A DNA stretch of 64,000 nucleotides, from IMG/VR virus record IMGVR_UViG_3300032246_000977, positions 5,840 through 69,839 of that record. One strand, 5' to 3'. The translations under genes were made by a program, and so were the position numbers. Within the stretch, counting starts at the first letter, position 1; every line of letters starts with the position of its first letter. The notes below the pieces were generated by a model. That model was not told where the DNA came from. It was given only the letters and a program-made list of their open reading frames with translations, and ran no database searches. Positions 9,175-21,100 of the stretch are shown in pieces. This DNA comes from a virus. Taxonomy: Duplodnaviria; Caudoviricetes.

Positions 9175-12100
9175 TGGCACGAGTTCGTACAGTTGAATTC
9201 CTGCCAGAAATATTTCAAACGCCGGTCAATCGGCAGTTCCTCAACGCCACTTTAGATCAGCTAGTACAAGAACCAAACTTTAGTAAGACACAAGGTTTTG
9301 TTGGACGCAAGGTTGGCCCTGGTGTTAACCCAGCCGACAAGTATGTAATCGAACCAACTAAAGTTCGCAATGATTATCAATTAGAGCCCGGTGTTATCAG
9401 TTTACAACCTGATGATAACGGTACCATATTAGACGCAATTACCTATCCAGGCATCAATGATGCATTGAGATTACAAGGTGCCAATGTGACTAACCCAGAT
9501 AGTATGTACGGCAGTGAATACTACACCTGGGACCCATTTGTTGATTTTGATAAGTTCATAAACTACAGCCAATATTATTGGCAACCTGCTGGCCCATTGG
9601 CTGTGGACGTAGGAGCCATTGGGGTGCCATTAACTGATGACTTTGTTGTGACTCGTGCCAACGGAGTATACACATTCAGCGGAATTCCTGGAACCAACCC
9701 AACATTAACTTTGGTGCGTGGCGGCAATTACACGTTCCAAGTTGCACAAAATGCCACAGAAGACATAAACTTTCGCGTACAAAATTCAGGTACTAGTGCC
9801 TATGTAATTGACTACGAAACTAATCCCACGCTGACTTTGGTTCGCGGCAACACCTATACCTTTACGCTGTCATTAAGTGGCCCATTTGCTTTTTACATCA
9901 AAACAGAAGCCACCCTAGGTAACACTGAGTTATATAATGGTGTACTATCAGATGGTAGTCCTGCTGTTACTAACAATGGTGCATATACTGGAACTGTTAC
10001 ATTTACCGTGCCACAAGATGCTCCAGACGTGTTGTATTATGCTAATTCCACACAGCTTAATATGCGTGGAACTTTTGTAATTGAAGATGCTACACCAGGC
10101 ACTGGTCCTGGCTTCTGGATTCAAACCGATCCAGGTGTTAACGGAGTATTGCCTTATGCTACCAATATCAGCAGCAGAGATGTACTAGGAGTTATCAACA
10201 ATGGCGAAGATCTTGGCACTGTATCATTTGATGTGCCTCTAAGTACTGCCCAAGATTTTTATTATGGTCTATCTAAGATTGGCAACATTGCTGGTAAGCC
10301 AGCTGGTACTGTTGATCTAGTGACCACATTAAAATTTAACGAAATCAACAATCAGTTCATTACTACCAACGACAATGGCAATATTGTTCCAGGACCATTT
10401 TTTGTAGCCAATCCAGCTGGCATCGATGGCATTACAGAATTAGATGGAAAGACCATTGTATTTTTAAATCAAGAACCAGATACTGAATCAGGCGGCTGGC
10501 AAATAACCACACAGTTTGATCCAATCACAAGAACAGTTCCTAATCAAGTATCAGTGACACAAAGTTACGACGTCAACGGTCAACCCTACGACGATCAACC
10601 GTACGAAACACTCAGTAATGCTATCGTAAGCGGAAGCCCAGATCCCAAAGACGGTCAAGCAGGCACGTATGATAGCATACCATTTGATCAAACCACAGAT
10701 ATTACTACGCAAAGTGCCCGCTACAGTGTTTGGCAAATACAATATGTGACAGCCAACGACGGATCCAAGTATATAAAATTAAACAGTGTGCTGTCTGTGG
10801 CCAACTTGGAAAAGTTTCAAATTCTTTATGGAACACAATATGCCACTACTGAGTGGTATAAAAATGCCGAAGGATATTTTGAAGAATTTCCTTTGTTGAC
10901 TGCAATTAAAAGTCTGTTATGGTACCAAGACGGAACTGACCCAGAGATTTTTGGACAGATTAGGTTAATTGACCAAGACAAACAAGCTACACTGTTTATT
11001 GAAGACATTGTTGGTCAACAAAATTACACCAGCCCTAATGGTGTGGTGTTTACCAATGGACTGAAGGTTCAATTCCGTGGAGAGGTTGAGCCAGCCAGCT
11101 ACCAAAATAATTCATACTATGTCGAAGGAGTAGGCACAGCTATACAACTGTTGCCTGTAACAAATTTTGTCACTCCTGAACCCTATACCAACAGTCAAAC
11201 AATACCATACGACTCAACACCGTTTGATGTTGGCAACTACGATGCTTCGCTGAACGCACCATTAGTGCCAGATTATCTGGTTATAAATCGTGCCAGCCCA
11301 GATCTTAATGCATGGACACGAACCAATCGTTGGTTCCATATTGACGTTATAACTTACGCCGCAGAACTCAACGGCTTGACACCAACTGTGGATCAAAACT
11401 ATAGAGCACGTCGCCCTATTTTAGAATATCGCGCCGGTACTCGATTATTTGATTATGGCACACAAGGTAAACAACCAATTGATGTTATTGATTTCACCGC
11501 TACTGACGCCTTGAGTACTATTAACGGAACTACAGGATATTCAATTGACGGATACTCACTCCTTCAAGGTAGTCGGGTTATATTTGCTGCTGACACCGAT
11601 AGTCAGGTAAGAAATAAAATTTATCAAGTAGAATTTATTACTCCAGATACAGTACCACCAGAGATTCCACAACCAATTATTAACTTGGTACCTGCCCCAG
11701 ATGCTACTGTGTTGTACAATCAAAGTACTGTGTGTCTAAGTGGTGTTACCTTGCAAGGCAAGGCTTTTTGGTTTGACGGTGTTGAATGGTTAGAGTCTCA
11801 AGAAAAGACCACAGTTAATCAAGCACCATTGTTTGATGTTTACAACACCAACGGTGTTAGTTTTGGCGATCGTGCGGCATATCCAAGTACTACTTTCCGC
11901 GGTTGTAAGCTGTTTAGTTACGCAACCAGCAATCTCAGTCCAGACGCTGTGCTAGGATTTCCTTTAAGATATTTGAGCCTGGATAACATTGGTGATATTG
12001 TTTTTGACAATAATCTTTATACAGACACCTTTGGTTATGTACTAGGATCAACAGGTCAGACTGTCGATGTCAGTAGTGGATTTGTAAGACAGTATTCTAA

Positions 12101-15100
12101 CAGACTAGATTATCGTAGAGAAATTGGCTGGCAACCAGCTGCTACACGCAGTATTCAAAGACAACAATTTCAATTTACTTACGATGGTAGTCCTTTGCTA
12201 TTAGATGTAGCGGTTAATACCAACAACGTTATACCAGCTATACAATTATATGTAAACAGCCAGTTCCAAGACCCGGGTCGATATACCTACATCACCACTA
12301 GTGATACTACAACTATTACCATGAGCAAAACTTATGTGTTGCCAGGTGATGTAATTGAAGTAGCGGTATTGAGTGATCAGGTCAGTGCAACAGCATTTTA
12401 TCAAATTCCTGTTAATTTAGAAAATAATCCACTCAATACCAACAATAGTATCTTTACTTTAGGCACAGCTCGCACACATTACGAAACTGTTGGCGAAAAT
12501 TTGCTTGGACTTGTAGGTCCAATTATTGGCCCAAACAACACCAGAGACTTGGGCAACATTGTTCCTTTTGGTCAACAAATACTACAACAAAGTAGTCCGT
12601 TGACCTTGGCCGGCTATTTCATGCGTAGCAAAGAATATGATATTTTTGGTGCATTAGAATACAACAGCCGAGAGTACATCAAGTTTAAATCTTTGTTGAT
12701 AGATACTGTGGTACGCAATGATTATGGAGACATGACTGTGGCTGAAATATTAGATTCAGCTATAGCCACCATTACCAATGGACGCACAGATACTAATCCA
12801 TTTTATTGGAGCGACATGTTGCCCACTGGGTCAGTGTACACACAAACAGTCAACACTATTACCCCAATTAGCACTCCAATATTCAACACAGTACAGACCT
12901 ATGATTTTACCAGTTCTAACTATCTTGGATTACTGGTATATCTGACAAGGACTATTAATAATCAGCCAGTCACAACATTGTTGGTTCGTGATGTAGAATA
13001 TGTAGTGGCCACAGACAGTCCTAGACTTACTATAACAGTTCCTCTGAATGATGGAGATGTTGTAACCATCAATGAATATGGCAACACCGCCGGCAACTTT
13101 GTTCCTAATACTCCTACTAAACTAGGGCTGTATCCAAAGTATTTGCCAAGAATATTCTATGACATCGACTATGTGAATCCTGCATTGGTTGTGCAAGGGC
13201 ATGATGGCAGTATCACTATTGCTTTCACCACTACAGATCAATACAACAACGGCCACATTGACATACGTGATCAAATATTATTAGAATTTGAAAAACGTAT
13301 CTATGACAATTTAAAAAATGACGGCAACCCAGTACCGCTAACTGCGGAAGAAGTAATTCCTGGATTCTTCCGCAAAACTGATTACACTCAAACAAATATC
13401 AATAATATCTTGAGTGAAAGTTTTTTGACCTGGGTTGGATGGAACAAACTGGATTATAAACGTCAAGACTACATTGCCAATAATCCATTCACTTACAATT
13501 ATAGCACAGCCGGTAACAAGGTCAATGAAGAGCCGTTGTTGGGTGCCTGGCGTGGTATCTATCGTTATTTCTACGACACATTAACTCCTAATTTAACTCC
13601 CTGGGAGATGTTGGGCCTGACTGAAAAACCAGTCTGGTGGGAGGAACGGTATGGTCCTGCCCCATATACCAGTGATAACTTGGTATTGTGGGACGACTTA
13701 GAGGCTGGCTTGGTAGCAGACCCAATTGCACCTTACATTAAACCCAACTATGTAAGACCAGGCCTAACAAAACTTATTCCTGTTGGCACAGAAGGCGAGT
13801 TATTGGCACCACTTTATAGTGTAGTTGGCAGTTATAATTCTAACGCATTCCAAAAGAGTTGGAGTGCCGGCGACGGCGGCCCAGTAGAGGCAAGTTGGTG
13901 GATGAGCTCTAGCTATCCATTTGCGATCATGCGTTTGTTGATATTGACCAAACCAGCAGAATTTTTTGCCCTGTTTGCCGACAGAGATTTATATCGTTAT
14001 GATTTTGAATTAGAACAATATCTTTACAATGGACGTTATAGGCTAGATGCCAACGGCATAGAGATCTATGGCAACGGCGTTAGCAAAGCCAGTTACATTG
14101 ATTGGATTGTTGACTACAATCGTCAATTAGGACGTAACAGTACAACTGCGTTGACTAACGATTTGGCCAATCTTGATGTGCGATTATGCTATCGTATGGC
14201 CAGTTTTACAGACAAACAATACCTTGATGTTATATTAGAACGCCAAAGTCCAAATAGTACCAACAGTAGTTTGACATTGCCGGACAACAACTATCAATTG
14301 TTGTTGTATAAAAATCAGCCATTCAACGAAATTGTTTATAGTGCGTTAATCATTGAAATAGTCTCAGGTGGTTATGCAGTATACGGATACAACAATGCCA
14401 CGCCATATTTTAATATTTTTGCCAGTGCCAGCAACGGATTGTTAAAAACAGTCAGCGGTGGAGGTACCGCAGTTCGAGTACCAGCACAATATAGTGATAC
14501 AGTAGTACAAATACCTTATGGATATACTTTTGTTAATAATACTGTTGTAGTTGATTTTATTTTAAGCTACGGTGCTTATCTTGAAAAGCAAGGGTTAATT
14601 TTCAATGATTATGAAAATGGTTACAAACTTGACTGGACACAAATGGCCACAGAGTTTTTATACTACAGTCAACAAGGATGGACGCCTGGCACTATTATCA
14701 ATTTAAATCCGTGTGCTACTACACTCAAGGCATTCCGTGCTGGATCAGTAGTTGATACTATTATCAGCACCAGCCCAGAACAACTTTTACTTGATCAAAA
14801 TCGCACTACTCTTCCTACTAGAGATTTGATTGTACAACGTGATGGTGATGCATTTAGCGTGACTAGTGCAAGTAATCAATCTATATCATATTTGCATTTG
14901 AAATTTACCAGTTATGAAACTATGATGGTCTTGGACAATGTCAGCATATTCCAAGATCTTGTGTACAATCCTGCTACCTCAGCAAGACAAAGTCGTATCC
15001 GTATAGTTGCAGCCACGTCCAATGAGTGGAATGGTGTGTTAGATGCACAAGGCTTTATACTTAATAATAACAGTAATGTCAAAGAATGGTTGCCAAACAA

Positions 15101-18100
15101 AAAATACACCAAAGGCGAAATTGTAATTTATAAAAATAACTATTGGTCAGCACAAACTATCGTACAACCCAAAGTAGAATTTGATTACAATGACTGGGTC
15201 AAGAGTGACTACACTAAAATACAAGGTGGTCTATTGCCCAACTTGGCCAACAAAGCCAATCAATTGGCCAACAGCTATGACACACAACAAGCCAATCTTG
15301 AAAGCGACAACGATTTATTGAGTTTTGGACTTATAGGTTTCCGCCCACGCCAGTATATGACTGATTTGAACCTAGACGATATCAGTCAAGTAAATCTTTA
15401 TCAACAATTCTTGCCTACCAAAGGTACACTACGATCTGCACAATTGTTTACTCGTGCAGACCTGGGCAAAGAAACTGGTGATTATGAAATTTTTGAAAAC
15501 TGGGGTGTATTGGTCGGAACCTATGGAGCAAATGCTAACCGCAGTTTCTTTGAGCTTAGATTAAATGAAGCCTACTTAAGATCAGATCCTTGCACCGTGC
15601 AGGTAATCAATCCCGGCGAAACCAGTCAGGCCAATCAAACTATTTTATTAGATGATGTATGGCGTGAAAGTTATAAACTAACCAGCCCTGATATTTTACC
15701 AACCACATATACAACCAACCGCGATACTGCATTGCCTAGTGCTGGATATGTAAATCTCAATGATGTAGACCTAACAGTGTTTAGTCTTGATGACCCAACA
15801 AGCATTGCTGCAAACATCAACGACATTGGGGTTGGTACTACTATCTGGGCCGCCAAATCTAACAGCTACGACTGGAACGTATACAGATGTAGTCGGGTTC
15901 CTGGACAGCTTATTTTAGTCACTGACAATTTAAATGGCACCAGTATTGCACAGTTTTCTCAACCGCACGGATTGTCTGTAGGAGATCTCGTGGTGTTCCG
16001 TTATTTTAATGCCAACGTAAACGGTGTTTATCGTGTGTTGGCCGTACCAGGCATTTCATCTATAACAGTTGCCTTTAACTTTGGAAGCTCTAATCAAACC
16101 AGCTTAATAGGTAGTGGATTGGTATTTTATCTACAGACCATGCGTGTGTCACAGGCCAGTGACGTAGCTTCATTACCATACGCTAATTCTTTAATTTCTG
16201 GTGCCAAGGCCTATGTTGATGACAACGGCTCGGGACATTGGGAAGTATTAGAAAAACAAAATCCATTCACTGGGTTTGATGAGTTCTCCCCCGACCCATT
16301 GGTATACAATTCACGATATGGCGTAAGTGTAACTCAACCGTTGAATTTATCTGCTGCATTAGTTGGTGCTCCAGGTACCGGAACCGATGCTGGTGCAGTA
16401 TATTCTTATATTCGAGACACCACTAACAATCTATATCTGCAAGATATACAATTAGAATTAACTGCTCCTAACGTAACTGGATACGGTAATGCAGTTAAAT
16501 TTGGACAAAATACCTGGGCAGTGGCCGGAGCCAGTGCTAGTCGGAACAACACAGGTTATGCTGCTACCATATACCGAGCACCAGTCACCGGCGGATATAG
16601 TACAACACAATTATTAATTGCACCAGATCAAAACTTTGGTGCAACAAGATTTGGATATGATGTAGCAATGAGTCAAGATGAACGTTGGATGTATGTGTCA
16701 GCTCCATATGCCGACAGCGGCGGCCGAGTTTATGCGTATGGTCGTGTTGATGTAGAAGAACAGTATGCATCCTACAGAACTGACGGCGCGACAACAGCAT
16801 TTAATTGGTCTAACTCTTTGGTAATTGACTATACACAACCAGATCAGTTGACAGTAAGCCTTAACAATGAGTTACTGTACGAAACCACAGATTATACAGT
16901 AAACCAAAACAATATAGTTTTCTCAGTACCTCCACCCAACGGCCAGTTGCTGGTTATAACTCGCCGCCAAGCAGTTCAGTTGGATTCTGCAACTTATTTT
17001 GAGGTTGAACAAAATTCAACAACCGGCAGTGGACTTGATGCAAAATTCACAGTTGATGTCACACGAGGAGTTTACACTGTTACAATAACCAATAGTGGAT
17101 TGAATTATGTAGTGGGCAATCAGTTGACCATTCTGGGAACACAAATTGGTGGCACTGCTCCTGCTAATAATTTGGTGATTACAGTGACTGCGGTAAATGC
17201 TGGAGCAATAACAGAATTTACCTTTACCGGATCTGGTATTAGTAACACCACAGTATTTTCATTAAGTCCTTATCTGTATACAGTTTCTAACATCTACTCA
17301 TTTGTAGTCACAATAGATGGCGTGTTACAACGCCCACATATTGACTACGAATTCAACGAAGACAGTACAGCGACCACAGCGGATTTACATTTGCTCACAA
17401 ATCCGCCAGCCGGTGCCAACATTTATGTGGTTTCAAACACCTATTGGCAATATTGTGATACAATTTCTGTTCCTGGCCTTGCCAATGATTCACAATTTGG
17501 TGTTAGTCTGGCTACAGCTACCAATGGTGCCCAGATATTGGCTGGTTGCAACAGAGATTCTGCAATTGATGCCAATGGAAGAACCATTGCACATGCTGGA
17601 TCTGTATATGCATTTGACCGTAGCATATTAAATTACTTGATTGACAATGTTGACACTGTGACTTATAGTCTAACAGGATCAGTGACTGGTCCAGTATCAG
17701 TTGCATTAAATAATCAATTTTTAAATGTTTACGAATTTACTGATACCAATGGACTTACAACAATTCAATTTATTAATGGACAGGTAAATGTTAATCTTTA
17801 TACTAATGAAATTACATTACTTGACAATTTAACAGTGACAGTAGGCGATGTATTAAGCGTTTCGACTAATCAATTTAGTCAAATTCAAAAGATTACTGCT
17901 GATACCCCATTGGATGAAACAGCGTACGGGCAGGCCGTCGACCTTTGTCCAACCGATTGTAGTCTTTATGCTGGTGCACCGTTGGACAGCTCAGTTCTTC
18001 CACAAGCTGGTAGCGTACAAAGAAATGTAAATCAAAGTCGGGTATATGGTGTTACAACCAGTACTATAGCCAATCCTTCTTTAACTGCTGGCGATACTAT

Positions 18101-21100
18101 ACGAATTAACAATTATGAAGTAGCTGTGCCGGTTGCTCCCAACAATAACATTGAAGGGTTAATAAGTGCTATTAATGCCGCAGGAATACCTAATGTGGTA
18201 GCTACGATGGCTGCCAATGCAGAATTTGTTGGCAACGGTGCAACTAAAGTATTTGATATAGGAACTCTTTATTCGGCTGCCGATAGTTATACCACAGTGG
18301 TATATATTAACGATACATTGCAAAATTATGGATCTGATTACATTTACAACAACACTACACAACAAATATTCTTTGTGTTGGCACCTATTACTGGAGCAGT
18401 AGTTACTGTAGTGTCAGGACGCATGACATTAAACGTAAAAAATACAGAATCTGCTACAGCCTTTAATAAACTTACAGTATTGCCTGGAGTAATTGGATCT
18501 GCATTTGACAATCTTGGATGGAATACTTTTGTTTACGCACAAACAATTGTCAGCCCAAGCCCATCTGATTTTGCACAATTTGGTAGTGCTTTGAGCATTG
18601 ATTCTAGTAATGTTAACCTAGTAGTTGGAGCACCCAACGGCAATGTTTACCAACCTGAAATCTTTGACGGCGGCGAAACTTATTTTGACGATCGTAGCAC
18701 CACATTCTTCCACCCAATTGACAACAGTGGCGTAGTTTATACCTACGATTATCTACCAAGCTCAACCTCATCAGTGACAAATCCTGGCAAGTTTGTGTTT
18801 GGTCAACAGATTTATGCAGAAGAGTTAATGCCCAATGATCAATTTGGTATTGCAGTAAACTTTACCAGCGGCCGACTCATGGTAGGTGTTCCGGGCAACG
18901 ATCTTGGCGATAGTTCAGCAAATTACGGTCGTGTCAATGTGTTTAATAATCCAGATCGCAAATCAGCTTGGACAGTAATACACGAACAACAACCAGTGGT
19001 TGACGTCGACTTACTCAATGGCGTGTACATGTACGACAAATTAACATCGTCGACGCAGACATATTTTGATTTTATTGATCCGTTGCAAGGAAAGATTCTT
19101 GGTGCCGCCCGCAGAAACTTAGATTATATTGGTGCTGTGGATCCGGCCAACTACAACACTGGGTCAATACACAACAATGGCAACAGTTGGGGATCTGAGC
19201 ACGTGGGTCAAATGTGGTGGGATACTGACACAGTAAGATTTATTGATCCAAACCAAGACGACATTGTATATGCCAGCCGTCGTTGGAGTCAAACATTCCC
19301 TGGCAGTCGAGTTGACATTTATCAATGGGTAGCCAGTGATGTTCCACCTCTTAGCTACACCGGTGTTGGTACTCCATTGAGCACCACAAGTTACACTGTG
19401 AGAAGCAACTTAAATCAAGAAAATGTGTTTACCACCACGTACTATTATTGGGTACGAGGAATTACAACTATTAGCACCGGTGCTGGAAAAACTCTTAGTG
19501 CTGTAGGCGTATCTCGATACATTGAAAATCCACGCAACAGTGGTATCCCTTACATTGCTGCTCTTAATGCCAGCACAGTGGCCATTTATAACGGACTTGA
19601 ATACATATCGGCAGCAGACACAATACTGCACATAGATTATGATCGACAATTAACCGACGCAAATATTCACACAGAATATGAATTCATTGCACAAAATAAA
19701 CCAGACGCATTCTTGAGTGCTACATTATATCGTAAACTACAAGACAGCTTCTGCGGTGCCGACACCGCTGGTGCAGTAGTTCCGGATCCGTTTTTGAGCC
19801 CAGCTGAACGTTATGGTGTACAATTCCGTCCAAGACAAAGCATGTTTGTTGATCGTTTTATGGCCTTGGAAAATTATCTAGGTCGTGCTAACAACGTATT
19901 AAAACAGTTTCCTATTATTGAAAGTAGAAAATTAAGTTTACTAAACAGTGCTGAGCCACAGCCAACATCAACTGTTGATGGTGTTGTAGTTTGGAACAAA
20001 CGTGTGGCCAATCTTGAAGAACTCAGCTATCAAAATTTATACAGTGTTCCGTTGGGATATCTATATCTAGTGGAATCTACTAGTACACAGAATGGTTTGT
20101 GGACCATATACGAAGTAGCAATCTCAGATGTTGTTTCTACAGAAAGAACAGTTAATTTAGTTCGCGTTCAAAATTACGATACAAGACTGTATTGGGATCA
20201 TATTGACTGGTACTTGCCTGGATATAATAGTACAGTACAGCCAATAGCAGAAGTACCAGTATATTCAGCATTAGATACTTTATCTTTACAAGCGGCTCCT
20301 GTGGGCAGTAGTGTCAAAGTTACGGCCAATGCACAAGGCAAATTTGAAATTTATCTAAGAACCGATCTTGGTTGGGAGCGTGTAGGACTCCAGGATGGTA
20401 CCATACAGTTTTCTGAAAAATTATGGAACTATGCCGCTGGTAATTTTGGATTTGATGTTGAAGTATTTGATGCTCAGTACTTTGATCAAGAACCAGTGAT
20501 TGAGACTAGAAAAATTATTCAAGCAATCAATGAAGAATTATTCATTGATGACCTGGCTATTGAACGTAATCGTGCATTGATGTTGGTGTTTAATTTTATC
20601 TACAGTGAATTCACCACTCCAAGTTGGTTGGTTAAAAACAGTTTTATTGATGTGTTCCACAAGATTCGTTCGCTGTTGCCGTATCAAACTTATTTGCAAG
20701 ACAATCAAACATTTGTGTTGGATTATATCCAAGAAGTCAAACCTTACCATGTGCAAATCAGAGAGTTTAATCTTGCTTACAACGGACAAGACGATTATCC
20801 TGGATCGCTAACAGACTTTGATGTTCCGGCATATTGGAATTCTGCGTTGGCACAGCCACAGTTTATAAGTCCAGTGCTACAAGATGATACTGCTGGACAT
20901 CCATATACCCTGTCAGACAGCGTGGTTAAAAATACAATCAGTGATGCGGGTCCTAATGCTGAAATATGGACTATGGATCCTTGGAAACAATGGTATAACA
21001 ATTATTTGTTAAGCATTCAAAGTGTAACTATTGTGGATGGCGGTGCTGGATATACTGTTGCTCCAGAAGTAATAGTCACTGGCGAGTGTGTTGAACAAGC

